Shown here piece after piece: positions 1 to 16,700 of a stretch of DNA of 64,000 nucleotides. The DNA is from the human T2T-CHM13v2.0 reference genome, Homo sapiens, in assembly GCF_009914755.1 (NCBI RefSeq), contig NC_060947.1, one strand, 5' to 3'. Positions within the stretch are counted from its first letter, which is position 1; each line of letters begins with the position of its first letter. Made by a program: the position numbers and the translations under genes. Under the pieces are notes generated by a model that saw only the letters and a list, made by a program, of their open reading frames with translations, ran no database searches and was not told the DNA's origin.

Positions 1-780
1 CTTCAAAGCGTGTCTTATGAAGAAACATTGATTATCTGAAGTTAGGGGTTTTGTTTTACGCTGGGATTGTTTTTATTTTTTACCGTTTCATTTTAAGAAA
101 CAGTATTTTCCATGTCTCAAAACTGACGTACACCTTGATTTTTACTCTTAATTTTAATGTTCTGATTCTCTATAACTATTCACAGTGAACCTATGTTGTG
201 TTTGGTGAGTTAGATGGGTGATTAACTTATCCTCCTGCCTTATTTTGTGGCTATGCAGTAGCCCTAAAACCTTTTCAAAGGGTGGGGGTAAAAGTAGTGG
301 TAGAGTCTGTAATTGGTAACTAAGATACCCCTAATATTCTCAGTCATTAGGAGATGATAGTAATTTTGGCCTGCTTTGTTTCCATCACTGTTTATGTAAA
401 GGCTAGAATTGCTCAGCAACAGTACATATGCAAATACTGTGTAAGTGCCACATAGCAAAATTAATGACCGTCTACAATATGCTAGTTTGACTTTGATTTT
501 GATTTCTAGCTTTTGTGGGGACTTTATTTCATTTTTTTCCTAAGGTTTGCATTTATTGGGAGAGCTGATTTAAAAGTATGCTCTGAATAATTATAAAAGC
601 ATGGGATGACTTCGAAAACCCGGTTTTCTTTAGCATAGTGAAGAGACTGGTTTTGTAGTGAATACATTGTATGTCTTTCAATTGACATGGAACACTCTAC
701 TAACTTTTTAAGATAACAAGGATATTATTAATAAATAGCCCATGCGAGAACAGTCATTACATTCTTTTGATGTTGTTTAA

Positions 781-957
<177 letters not shown>

Positions 958-1059
958 TGAGTTACCGTCCCAAAATAGAATGACATTTCCACATCTGCTG
1001 ATTCTATTGTCATTTGCTTTGAGTTCATCTATGGAAAATAAGAACTTCAGTTAATTAAA

Positions 1060-1580
1060 TGTGTCAGTTACATATTGCAGTATAACAAACTACCTAAAAC
1101 TTAATGGTATGAAACAAGCACCTTTTTGTTTGCTCAGAATTCTGGGTGTGGGGGAATCACCAGTTTGAGTTCAGCTGGATGGTTCTTCTACTGGTCTCTC
1201 TTGGAGTCACTCACGAAGTTATAGTCAGCTGGTAGGTCTTCTGGGAGCTGGTTAGTTTAGGGGTCTCAGCTGGATCAGACCATCTCTGATCCCTGGAAAC
1301 TTATCCTCCAGTAAGCTATTCCAAGTTTCTAAGTGTGATAGTTGGAGAATTCTGTGCTATTAAGAGGGTAAGCCCCAAAGCAACAGCAGCTTTCAAGCCT
1401 TTTTTTGTATGGCTTTTGCCTCGTTGGCCAAAGCATGTTACATGACCAACCCCTGATTCATGGTATGGAGAAATAAATTCCATCTCTTGATGGGGCAAGT
1501 GGCAGAGCCATATTATAAAATGGTATATGTATGGAAATGGAAGAAATTAATTGTAGCCATCTTTGCTAATAAACTTCCAC
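1060..1580. mobile_element. Old ERVL-MaLR (MLT1-like) LTR remnant
   Basis: tgtgtcagtt...tataacaaactacctaaaacttaatgg...; ttctgttggcc-like and tccatctcttgatgggg segments typical of MLT1. Confidence 0.55.
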
Positions 1581-1714
1581 ATTAAGAATGTGAATATCCA
1601 CACAGTTTGACATTCTGGCTTATCTATTTGTTCATTTATTAATTCTTCAAGTACTTATCAAGTATCTCTTATGTCCAACCACTTTGCCAGGCACATAGAG
1701 TAAATATTGAACCA

Positions 1715-2030
<316 letters not shown>

Positions 2031-4536
2031 TGGACCAATTGCCATTTTTGTTCTGAACAGTGTAAATCCTGTTTGATGATAAATGGCTATTCAAACTAGC
2101 ACTGCATTGATGATTTTCTCAGTAACATCTCTACATTGATCTACTTTGTGGCCACCCTTTAACTTTCAATGCTCTTTCATTCATCTGTTAACACCAGAAA
2201 AAGGTCTTCTGATAAGGTTCTTTTCTTTTTAGTACATTTTAACTTTAAAGCCTAAGAAGGAGCCTGTAGTTCTCATTAATAATTCTCTACCTACCCTAGT
2301 TGTAGGATTATTTTCCTTAGATTGTATTTCCTTCTTTGGGACCACCCAAAAACAGATAATTTATACTCCACAAATAAAATTAGATATAGTGATAATGATG
2401 ACAAGTGCGCAAATTGTAGGTCTCATTTCTTTAATTTAGCATGCCATACGTGTATCTGGGGGACATGAGGAATTTAATTTTTAAAAATGTTTTTTATATA
2501 ATAGCAATATAAGTTTCTGGATTTTTTTTCTGAAGAGCATGATGACGACATGTTTAAGTTACTCACTGAGGGTTTATTTTGATATTAACTACTTATTTTC
2601 CAGTGTCTACCAACCGTCTAGTAGTAATTCTTGATTCATTGCTGACCTAAAGCCTGTAAGAATCATTGACATTAGTTTTTGAAAGCTTTACTATTTTTTT
2701 TAAATCAAAAGCTTGCTTTATCCTGAAAAACAAAGATGCTTAGTCACTTTATTATCTCTTCCATTGTGTAGGCAGAGTTTAGAGTTTTTATGCTAATTTT
2801 TAATCTTAGAATTAGGATTGATTTTCTTTGTGTTTGTCTATATTTCTTCCGTGTACCTTTTGGACTCATTGGGATGCATAGTCCATTTTCTTTTGGGAGA
2901 ATTGAATTTACTGGACACTTTACCAATGGAGAAATGAGTATGAAGTAGATCATTCTTAGAACCCCATCTGAGGACTCAAGTGTAGTAGAAGGGCTTGTTA
3001 TAATATGGTGGTGTCTGTAACATGGCCCCAAAAAGTTTATTTTGAGGACAGCCTTATTGTGAATCTTCAGAGAGTATCTGCTGCTTAATAATACCTGTAG
3101 AAAAACTGGAGTTATGTTTAGAGATGTGTGCTAGCTGCTAAAAGTATGGGGACAATGTAACTAAATTAGTGCTGAAATGAATATTGCTAATTAAGTGATT
3201 GTCAAGTACTAGTTGAAGAGCCATATTTGTAAAAATCCTTTTGAAATCAGGTATTTGGTTATACATTAAGAATTTAAGTTTTATATATTCTCAAGGCTTT
3301 GTCCTTGACATTCAGAATCATTCCAGCTGCATAAATTATTCAAATCAGATGACAGAAGAAAAATAGCTTGTAGTGAGTATGTGAAAATTTTCCATAAGTT
3401 TCTCCATCTAGCACTATGGAACAAATTTTCTCTTTCTCAAACAGATACGAAAGAAAGATCAGTATCTTGCCCTGCCCAACAAACTTACCAAAAAGATCTA
3501 AATGAAGTTTCCTTGTGTAGTTCTTAGGTTGATATGGGAAGGAAATGAGATAAATGAAATATTGACTTATTATTGCAATGATTTGTTATCCTAGAAATTT
3601 GTTCTGTATAATGTTAACAGTCCTTTGATTTAAAAGTTTTGTTTCACTACTGTATCATTTTAGCATTCCAAAATTTCTTTCCATATTCTTTTTCAGATAT
3701 TTTCTTTTGGCTTTCCCTTCTTAAAGCTTGGATTATTTATGTTGGAAATGTGTGTGAGCGTGCACGCGTGTGTGTGTGGTTTCTTAATTTGCTGTAAATT
3801 TAACACTCTAGATATAAAGCTGTTTTGAGGATACCTAGATTTTCATATACAACCTCCATTTATTAATAACAGCAACACTCCTAAAGCCCTCTGGTAAACT
3901 CACACCCTAGAAGAAGCTATAAACCCCTAAATAAACTGGAAAATGTTTTGAGGGAAATAGCTACCATAAAGCTCTATATACATAGGTTACATATATTATA
4001 TTCAAATAAATAATATAGTAGATCTTAGCACAATCTTAGTCATCAGAAACTGTGATGCTGAGCGATGGAAGGTTAAATAATATTCAGTGTTAAGGAAACA
4101 CATAAATCAGTACATAGTAAATTTTAATAGACTGAACTCATAAAATGGATAAGATGTATCTTTTTGACATTTAGAGAGCTAAAGGATAATTATTTGTCTT
4201 AGAAAATACAATTATTTGGAAGCATTTCATTCCCCAAGTGAGGTGTTACTTGCCAGATATGTATACTGTATTAGGGTTTATTAAGCCGTTCACATTTAAG
4301 ATACATATCTATTTATGTGAATAAATTTCAAATTAGTGTATACTAACTAAATTGTTATTAAATTGATGGCTTTATTAGCATAGGTTTATTCACTTGTGTT
4401 CTGATGATTTGCTTTTCAGCCTTCTTTTCACATGGAACTTTTTAATTTCATAAATATACAAGTGTGCTGCACATAAATTTGTTCACAATAATTTGGAAAT
4501 TATCAAAACATTATATTTTTTCAGTTGCCAAAATAA

Positions 4537-4932
<396 letters not shown>

Positions 4933-5032
4933 TAGAATTCAAATTCTAATCTTTTTTCTAATTTTTAAGTTCCAGTTTTTCAAAATCTTTTTTAGTGTAT
5001 ACATTTTTACACACTAAACTTTGGTTATCTTA

Positions 5033-5665
<633 letters not shown>

Positions 5666-5745
5666 TCACCTTATTAGAGTGCCCAGTGAGTTATAGGCTA
5701 CTTCTTCCACCTACCCCAAAAACAACTTTTTAAGTTTTCAGCCAG

Positions 5746-6897
5746 TTTTTTTTTTTTATTATACTTTAAGTTCTAGGGTACATGTGCACAACATGCAAGT
5801 TTGTTACATATGTATACATGTGCCATGTTGGTGTGCTGCACCCATTAACTTGTCATTTACATTAGGTATATCTCCTAATGCTATTTTCCCCCCTCCCCCA
5901 ACCCCATGACAGGCCCCAGTGTGTGATGTTCCCCATCCTGTGTCCAAGTGTTCTCATTGTTCATTTCCCACCTATGAGTGAGAACATGCAGTATTTGGTT
6001 TTCTGTCCTTGGGATAGTTTGCTGAGAATGATGGTTTCCAGCTTTATCCATGTCCCTACAAAGGACATGAACTCATCCTTTTTTATGGCTGCATAGTATT
6101 CCATGGTGTATATGTGCCACATTTTTTTAATCCAGTCTATCATTGATGGACATTTGGGTTGGGTCCAAGTCTTTGCTATTGTGAATAGTGCCGCAGTAAA
6201 CATATGTGTGCATGTGTCTTTATAGCAGCATGATTTATAATCCTTTATATACCTGGTAATGGGATGGCTGGGTCAAATGGTATTTCTAGTTCTAGATCCT
6301 TGAGGAATCACCACACTGACTTCCACAATGGTTGAACTAGTTTACAGTCCCACCAACAGTGTAAAAGTGTTCCTATTTCTCCACATCCTCTCCAGCACCT
6401 GTTGTTTCCTGACTTTTTAATGATCACCATTCTAACTGGTGTGAGATGGTATCTCATTGTGGTTTTGATTTCCATTTCTCTGATGGCCAGTGATGATGAG
6501 CATTTTTTCATGTGTCTGTTGGCTGCATAAATGTCTTCTTTTGAGAAGTGTCTGTTCATATCCTTCACCCACTTTTTGATGGAGTAGTTTGATTTTTTCT
6601 TGTAAATTTGTTTAAGTTCTTTGTAGATTCTGGATATTAGCCCTTTGTCAGATGGGTAGATTGCAAAAATTTTCTCCCATTCTGTAGGTTGCCTGTTCAC
6701 TCTGATGGTATTTTCTTTTGCTGTGCAGAAGCTCTTTAGTTTAATTAGATCCCATTTGTCAATTTTGGCTTTTGTTGCCATTGCTTTTGGTGTTTTAGTC
6801 ATGAAGTCCTTGCCCATGCCTGTGTCCTGAATGGTATTGCCTAGGTTTTCTTCTAGGGTTTATGGTTTTAGGTCTAACATTAAGTGTTTAATCCATC
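5746..6897 (-). mobile_element. 5'-truncated L1PA (ORF2 C-terminus, 3'UTR, poly(A))
   Basis: ORF fragments [35 protein letters not shown]... and MFTAALFTIAKTW...; poly-T at 5746; flanking ttcagcca TSD; frameshifted. Confidence 0.95.
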
Positions 6898-7469
6898 TTC
6901 AGCCACTTTTTTGGGCCAGCATGGCAATTGCTGGTCATTGTGGGAGCTATAAAATAATCTCCCCACCATTTCTTTCCTTTCTCTGAAATGCGTAGTTCTC
7001 AAACCATGTTACCTTGCCATTTACAAAGCACTTTGTTTTTTTCTTTTGATTTTCTGGCCCCCAGTTAATTTCCCTTTAGAGACCACCACTGCTCAAACCT
7101 GAGTGCCCAACCGTCCAGATCCTTCTAGGCTCAGTGAATGTGGGCGAAATGAATGGACAGAGGCATGCCAGTATCTTTTTTATCTCCTGCTTTTTGTCTG
7201 TCTTTCACATCTGTCTGAGTTACCTCAGGCAAGTTTGTTGTTTCTCCTTTTATTTTTGCTTTTGTAAGCCAGAAATTTGCCAGCTATGACCAGTAATTGG
7301 GGTGCCAACAGCATATGTGGTTCAGCAGGTTAGCTCAACATTTTTGAACATTTGTCATACTAGGTGTTGGAAATATGACAATAAATAGGACTTGTCCCCA
7401 GTCTAGAAGAAAGAAAAATCTATTATACTCAGAAATAAAGTTAGTCATAATTAATGAATTGCATTTTCA

Positions 7470-8640
7470 CTGAAAATCAATCTAAACTCCTTGCCGTAGC
7501 CTATGAGACCTTGCCTGACCTCATCTCGTACCTATCTCCATTCCCCCCATTCTCCAGATTCTCAGCACACTTGCCTTTTTTGTTCTTTGGCTTCCATAAA
7601 CATTCCAGGGTTTTTCCAGTTTCATCAACTTGGGACCCATGGCTGCTTCTCCTGGCAAGGTGCTTCCCTCGTGTGGTCCCTTCTCATTCTGTCAATCTCA
7701 AAGAGTGCCTCTTTCTCTGGCCACCCAACGTACCACCCTCACCTCCATCCTAGTCTTTCTCTCCCACAGCATCCTTTTTCTATCATAGAACTTACCACAG
7801 TATGGAATTATTTTGTCTGTTTCTTTACTTGTTAATTGTTAACTATCTAGTCCTCTCACACTGGAATATGTTTCTCAAGGGCAGAAATCAACTGTTTTAT
7901 CACATCACAGATGTGTTTCCAGCATTTAACACAGTATCTACCATATCCAGTGAGTATTCACTACATATCTGAGAAGTGATTAACCAGTCTGTGGCATCAG
8001 CATTGAAACTCAACTGTATTTCTTTTCTCTCCATCTCTCATGCTTCTTTTACCCTTTTACCTTTACCTAACCTTTGACCACCACCCCCAAATAGATCCCC
8101 CGATCTTTCTCTTTTCACTTTAGCCTTCTCACATTTCTCAAACCACACAATTCTCTTTTTTGTTTAGAAACCTCTACAAGGTTACTGATAAAGTTTAAAC
8201 TCTTTAGGGTAGCTTTAAAAACCCCTTCTTAGTTCTCCAGCTTCATTTCTGCCTCCCCGCTAGCCCAGTTTGTGCTCTTTGGCCACATTGAACCTCTCAC
8301 CATTTCCTTGACATATTGCTTTTATAGTCTGCATTTCCATCTCTATAATGCTCCCAACACTCACCTGTCTTTCTTCTCCTCCTCCTTCCTCCCCTAGACT
8401 CAGGCCAAATGTCCTCCCTCCGTGAAGACCTTCTAGACTATTCGAGGGGAAACTGGTGACCCTATAACACTCTGGTTATACCTCTTTTGTAGCACCCATT
8501 GCATTCTCCTTTAAGTAGCTGTTTGCAAATATGTATCCTCACTGGACTGAGGAAATGAACTGTTATGTTCACCATTATATTTGCAGCACACCTAGAATAG
8601 TGCCTGCTAGGCTGAATAGTGTTGAATGATTAAATATTTG
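7470..8640 (-). mobile_element. Degraded L2 fragments
   Basis: ctcaagggcagaaatc...cacagtatcta..., cacacctagaatagtgcctg...tgttgaatga L2 3'-end-like motifs. Confidence 0.5.
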
Positions 8641-9519
8641 ACCTCAGGATTTTAACATTAACTGCTGGAACATTAAGCCTGGTTTGCTGGCTGACTTGTT
8701 CTTGGCCTGGTTAATGGGGCTGTATGCCGGATTCTCTGAAGAGAGTATGAACAGATCTGACATGCTGCTTGGCCTTAATAACTTACAAACTAGCTGAAGA
8801 ATTAAGACTTTCATCCATGAAATAATTAGAAAACAATACAATTTATAAGAAAGCGTGGTATATAATAAAGTACTGCATTGTTTACCTCATTGTACGGTTT
8901 TCTAATGTATCTCCATATGGTTTAGACCATGAGAGTGTCAAATATTCTGGAAAGTTAGAAATCATCATTGGGGATTCATTAGAGAATGCTTTATGAAGCA
9001 TTTGACATTTGAAATGGATATTGAAGAACGAGGAGCATTTGGATTAGATAGGCCACACAAAGGATTATCTCTTTCTCATTTGTCTGTGGTCCTGTTTGTT
9101 CATAGTCTTCTTCCCTAAACAATACTGTCTATAAAATTCTAGACAGCGTGTGATAATGCTGCTTACAAACATCCTTCAGGGAAATTGCTGCCTCCATCAC
9201 ACTTTGACTTTTATAAACCTTAATACTTTACATTTTAGTCTGAAAGTGTTTGTGGTGTTTTAACTAAATTAGTTTAATCTCTTTGGAGGCTTGACAATAT
9301 CTTTTGAGGGAGAAATTTTCTTTCATGATGTTATTTGAAAATGTCTATGACAGATAGCTAAGCACATGGGACATGTAAACTGCATCTGCTGTGCACCATG
9401 GACTCACCAGTAACCAGTCCAGTGTGATGTGCATTTGAAGTTAGTTGTGTAGAGACAGGAAAATCTACAAGATGTTGCTATAGTGGTTTGCATTATTGGG
9501 ATAAAGTAACAATTGATGC

Positions 9520-9745
9520 CCCATAGTATAGGGCCTAGGCTCTGGAGTTAGATTGCTGTGGTTCAAGGCCTGGTTCCGTATTTACTATTTTGAATGATGC
9601 CAGGAAGTTATTTCACCATCCTGTGCCTCTGTTTCTTCTTGTGTAAAATGATGATAACCAAAAGACTGCCTGATTGGATTGGTGTAAAGATGAAATATTA
9701 TTTGTAAAATGTCTAGACCAGAACCTCACGCATAGTGCTCAGCAA
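9520..9745 (+). mobile_element. MIR
   Basis: ggctctggagttaga...ctgtgcctctgtttcttcttgtgtaaaatg core. Confidence 0.6.
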
Positions 9746-11503
9746 AGAGGCATTCTCATTGGATTGTATTGGATTGGCCAAGTGATTCAGAAAGAGACAA
9801 GACTGATTGAGATATACTTTAAACTTCTATGCATGAGTTTTGGCTATTTGTTGAATTATTTCATATTAGAATGGTAGGTCTCACTCAAACGCATGTAAAT
9901 TAATTCTTTGAAGTTAGGAGTTTGCTTGGTCATTTTTTATTATAATATTTCTAATACCTTTCGACTTTCAGCATTAATTTTCTTATCAATGAAATTTCAC
10001 TCCTAGAAAAAATAAGGGGGTATCTGGTAGCATAAGATAGACCTCATACACAAAATATTAACATGTACTGGTATAGGGTCTTTTATCACAGCATGGTAGG
10101 TGTCTTTCTATTTGGGCTGATATTTAATGCTCCAGTAACATCGAAGGGAGCCTCTGTACTTCCCTTAGGAGAGGCACCTAGGTTTAGAAAGAGTGTGGGT
10201 TTGGATCACAAGACTGGGTGCAAATACTAGTTCTACTGCTGTTTAATTATGTAACTTGCCTTGAACCAGTTATTTGAACTTTCTGATTGTCACCTTCTTC
10301 ATCTCTAAAATAAGAATAATATATCCAAAATGCCTCGCATAACATCACTTCCCTCAGAAATCAGTTTTAGGTTATTGCCTGTGCATCTGTATTGAGTTCA
10401 TGTTATTCCTTCTACTCCTCTATCTGGAAGGTGCTGTCCTACTTTTCTCTGTCTTCACATTTTTCATATTTTTCAAAACCCAATTCAGATATTACCTATG
10501 GGTTCTTTCTTCCACAGCCATAAACCATCTTGGTCTTTCCTTTCTCTGAGCTTCAATTAGAATTTATGGTTGCACAGTTTAACATTGATTGCTTTCCCAA
10601 CCAGACAGCAGATTCCTCAAGAGCAGGGTTTGGGTCTTACCTGTATTTTTTGTCTCCTGCTATCCAGAGCATGGTGTGGAGATGATGTCATAATCACTCC
10701 TTAAATATCTTGTTTGAAATTTTACTGTATAATTAGTCCTCCCATTTACTTATTTAGCATGTTTAGGGATTTCGGTACTTAGAAATGCTTGTATGTTGGT
10801 ATAGAGGAAATAATGTATGGAAGCAGACTAGCCCTGACATTTGGAAGGGAGTACATGGCATTGGGCTCTGCCAGTCATATTACCCAATACTTTAACATCC
10901 ACTAGATATTGCAGAATGTGAGTTGGCAGAGGAAAGAACAAAAAGCACATCTAAATAAACTTGACCCCTTCCCCTCATTTTATTTAAAAATGCATTTGTT
11001 AATCTAGGAACCTGTTTGTCTTCGGTTCCAACTTTAAAAAAGGAAGAATTTGAAAACAGGTCATTGTAAGAGCATATTAAAAGCGATGACAGAATGTGTG
11101 TCTGAATTCACTCTCTACTTCTGTGACCTTTTAGGTACTGGCCACTTACTTTCTCTCTATTTTTACTTCTATGTTTTCAAAAGTAAATGGTATGTTGTTG
11201 TTAAAAAGCTATAAGGATTCTATCTAATGTCTTATCATATCCTTTCTGCTAGACCCTCAATTACTATCAGTAATTAAGAATCATGTGTATAAGCAGACAA
11301 ATTATGTATACACTGTATTAAAACTGAATTGTTTATAATCAGATGATATTCTATTTTACTGCATAATTAGTTCAAATTTTTATATTTTAGTTTGTTTCAC
11401 ATGCCTTAGTATTGTCTGCCTAGATTTAAGTATCATCTTTCACCTGTGAGTTTTCCTATTATTTGACACCCAGTCGTAGTAATCCATATAAAAATACATA
11501 GAC

Positions 11504-12097
<594 letters not shown>

Positions 12098-14194
12098 TGA
12101 CCATAGCCTGCTTTTATGAATGAAATTTTAGGAGATGTGGAATGGCAAATAATGGGGAACTATGTCATATTAAAAGGCATGTAACTTATTTAAAATTACA
12201 ATGGGATCTGGTATTGTCACAGTCCATCTAGACAGAATCATGAGACCCCTAAATGACATTCTTAAAATGGACAGAATAATAAAAATCTGTTAGCATGCAA
12301 GAGCTGTTCAAGCATAAGGTTTTAAAACAAATCTTAAAATCAATGTTGAAAGAAGAAATTCAACAATTTTTTCTGACATGGTATTTGAAGCCTCCCATCG
12401 CCTACACAGATTTGATCAGTGAATCTAATTTTTCTCTTTTTCTAACTTGGTCTCTTCTCTCCCAGACTCTTTCTGGCTCTACTTTAGACGTATCAGGATC
12501 ATTGCTAATGCTGTGGCCTGAGTGTTCTTCCTTATGCTACCCTCCCTGTCCAGAAGTCTTCCTGCTCTATACTCTAAAAGCATTCTCAAATTTCTTTATT
12601 CAAGTTTATTTTTTTTTCTCCAGTAGACAGTCGGCTCCTTGAGTGGGAACTGTTTTTCATATTTCTCCAGCTTTCACTGCAGCCAGAAGTGCATAAGCAA
12701 GTGTTGGTTGTTTGATAGTAGACCTTCAAAGAACACTTATTAATGGATCAATTTTATTTTATGCCCAGTCAGTCAACTGTCAAAATCAGTAGAGGTTACA
12801 CTGTGCATAGAGCCTTTAAAAGGCATACTTAGCACAGTCGGAAATTTCTGAGTGGCATTCTCAGAACTTTGCCGTGCTTTAAACTATGTTAATCTGTGTT
12901 CCAGGGAACATAGTGTACATAGGTGTGGGGGTGGAGGTGGGGGAGGAGGGTGTGACGTTTCGGAAAGGCCACATACCATACAACCTTTTGTAGAGATGCA
13001 CAATATTCATTAATCCATAAAGGCTTTCAGAAATATCACAATAAAGAGGCATTTCTGTCTTACCCAATATTTTCCAAATTTAATTAAATACTGAATACTG
13101 TTTTTTATAAAACTCTAAAGCTCTAGTGTTCTTCTGAATACAGATTGAGAAATGCTACTGGCAAAAAAGAACCCTTAAAGCCTTTTGTTTAATTAGTCAT
13201 AAATTATCACTTAAATCAGGTAGGTTTTGTCAATACACTTTTTCACACAGTCAGTCCTCATGGATTGGGACCTCAATAATTTGGTAACTTCTAAAATGTG
13301 AATAGAATAAAGTAGGAACATGGAATTAAATACAATTTCATGTTTTCTGCCTTTCATCTTTCTTTAGTTAAAAATAATTGAATGTTTTTGTTAAATCATT
13401 ACCAAATATAATTGCCAAGCATCAGTGTGGTACCAGATTAAAAGCTAGCACAAATAAAAGTAGAAAGATTACCCGAATCATCCTGTGCTTCTGCCAGTTT
13501 AGAAGTTAAACATTCAAATTCCTATTTATTTAATATCTTTACCATCAGATTTCTTTAAGTAAATATTTTTATTGACATGTCCTTTCAGAAGGTGCGCAAA
13601 TTGTATCTATATGTCAGTTACTTTTTATAATGTAAACATATTAGTGTAACTCTACCCAGATGTAGATAGAGAAAATTACTAACACCCTGGAAGCCTTCTT
13701 ATGCCCCCTTCCAGGCTTTATGCCACCCCACCCCCCTCAGAAACCAGTTCCGACTTCTGTCACCAAAGATTAGTATTGCCTTATTATCAAATGTTATATA
13801 AATAGAATCATTCCTTTTGTTTTTTAGCTTTTTTTGAAAATGAATTTGAAAAATGAAAAATACCAATTATCCCTTCTTTGAATATTTCAAAGAGAAATAT
13901 TCTCTTTGCCATTCTCTAAAGCTGCCGTGTTAATTTTGTCCACATCTAAGTACCTAAAATGGCCATCTCATCCTGTCAGCCAATTTAGTGGGGGTACAGG
14001 TCACCAAAATTAATTCAAGCCCCTAATAACCTTAAGACTAGCTGTAGTAATTATATTGGCTCTATTTTAGTCTTAAAAAACGTTTTCCCTCCAAGTACTG
14101 AACTTAAAAGTTTATGAAACTTTTAAAAAAATGTAAAAGAAGAAACTTTAAAACCAAAAAATTAGAGTTGAGGCTCTTTGCTGCTACAGAATGA

Positions 14195-14499
<305 letters not shown>

Positions 14500-15049
14500 C
14501 GAATTATTTCTTAGGATCTTATGTCAAGTGGGAAGAAAGCTAAATTCAGGCAATTATGTGTATACTACTATGTGGGTAAAATAAAAGGAACAGGTAGAGA
14601 TATGTATAGGGAATATCTATGGAAGGATGCCTAAGAAACTGGTAACCTAGGCTGCCTCCAGAAAAGGGAACTGGGTATCTGGGGGATAAGAGAAAGATTA
14701 AGAATGTATATTCTTTCAAGTGAATATCTACTTAATTAAAAGTGTACTTTAAATTTTTTAATTATATTGTAAAAGTGATTTTGATTAATGATAAGTGCAG
14801 GATACAAAACTGTGTATATTTTGTAAAAGAAAATATGTATATAGGATATTCAAAAAAGGGCTGGGATCATATATACAAAGAGGAAAATGATGATGAGATT
14901 ATAGGTGATTTAGATAGTCTTTTTTTTTTTATTTCCTGAACTGTGTTTACTTGATATTCTGCAATGACTGTGTATTTCTTTTATAAGGAAAAAAATAAGG
15001 TTTTTATTAGAACTTAAATTTGACTTTGTAATGTTCTTAACGATCCTAA

Positions 15050-15217
<168 letters not shown>

Positions 15218-16046
15218 TAAATATTCCCTTTTAAGGAAATACAGATGCAGTGTTGGTCTTACAAGTAGGTGGAGGAGGTGGCTGCTTAAATGATGCAATT
15301 AGAGAAAAGAAGGAAAGCCCTCTTTATTCAAAAATATCTTCCTTATGCTTATTGCATGATTCAGAACCACAATTAAGGAGTTGTGTGGGTCTTAAAGACT
15401 TTCTTATCTTTAACTAGTATATGATGGAAACCTATGCATTCCCTGGGAAAGGTAGCATTGGGTTAGCAACTAAGGGGGTTTACAGCCTCAAGAGCTAGAA
15501 TATTCTGTGTGAATGAAACCCATCAGTGATACCCGGAGGAAGAAAGCTGGGTGAAGGCAAGGGGATTCCTGGAGAGAGAAGAGGATGCCAAACACAGATG
15601 GTGGATGGAAATGTACCTAGTGTAATCTTTGTGACTGGACCAAATAGGTCTGGCTCTACAGAGAGGTCTTGTGTTTTTGTTGCTCTTGTCTTCTAATCAT
15701 TGAGTTGAGAAATTAATTTTTCATAAGAATAAGAATATGGAAATAGTAAAGTCAGTGATTAAAATTGTTGCTCTTTAAATATTATTTTTCAGCATAATTT
15801 TTTCAAAGCCTGTTTCCTGAAAAACACACACACAGGATTTGGGCCATACAATCAGGTTGTCTTTCAGACCTGACATTCCTCAATTCTGTTGGTTGCATGT
15901 CCAAGAGGACAGTGTCCTAGTCATGGTCTCCCTGTTTTCCTTCATCTCCCAAGAGGCTGATCTTGTCATCTGGGGTCGTTGGATTATGGAAGATAGGAAA
16001 TAGTTTCTCTCATCTACTATTACAAGATAAATAGAAAACAATGATT

Positions 16047-16357
16047 CTTTATTTTTATTTTTTAGTTTTTTTAGAGACAGGGCCTTTGCTCTGTCGCCTA
16101 GGCTGGAGAGCAGTGGCATGATTATAACTCACTGCAGCCTTGAACTCCCAGGCTCAAGCCTCCCTCCCACCTCATCCTCCTGAGTAGCTGGGACTATAGG
16201 AGCATGCCATCATGCCTGGCTAATTTTTTAAATTTTCTGTAGAGATGGGGTCTCACTGTGTTGCTCATGATGGTCTCAAACTCCTGGCCTCAAACAGGCC
16301 TCCTGCCTCAGTCTCCCCATGTGCTGGAGTTACAGGCATGAGCCATAGCATCTGGCT
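16047..16357 (-). mobile_element. AluJ-like (antisense)
   Basis: Diverged reverse Alu. Confidence 0.9.
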
Positions 16358-16448
16358 GAAAACAATAATTCCTAATATGAAGGTTTTTTAATATAAATTT
16401 TCTGCCCACCTGCAACCCCAAATTTTCCATCCATATAGAACCATTGTT

Positions 16449-16700
16449 CTTTTTTGAGACAGTGTCTTGCTCGATTGCTCAGGCTGGAATGCAGTGGTGC
16501 AATCATGGCCCACTGCAGCCTCTGCCTTCCTGGCAAGCGATCCTCCCACCTTAGCCTCCTGAGTAGCTGGGACAACAGGCATGTGCCACCATGGCTGGCT
16601 AATTTTTTATCTTTTGTAGAGAATTCCTGGGCTCAAGCGATTCGCCTGCCTCAGCCTTCCTAAGTGCTGGGACTACAGGGGTGAGCCACCACACCTGGCC
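16449..16700 (-). mobile_element. AluJ-like (antisense, internal deletion)
   Basis: Diverged reverse Alu missing part of the left arm. Confidence 0.9.

Noticed and set aside
5961-6817. L1 ORF2-like ORFs as an active element
   Set aside because: 5'-truncated (about 1.15 kb), frameshifted, with no endonuclease or RT domains.
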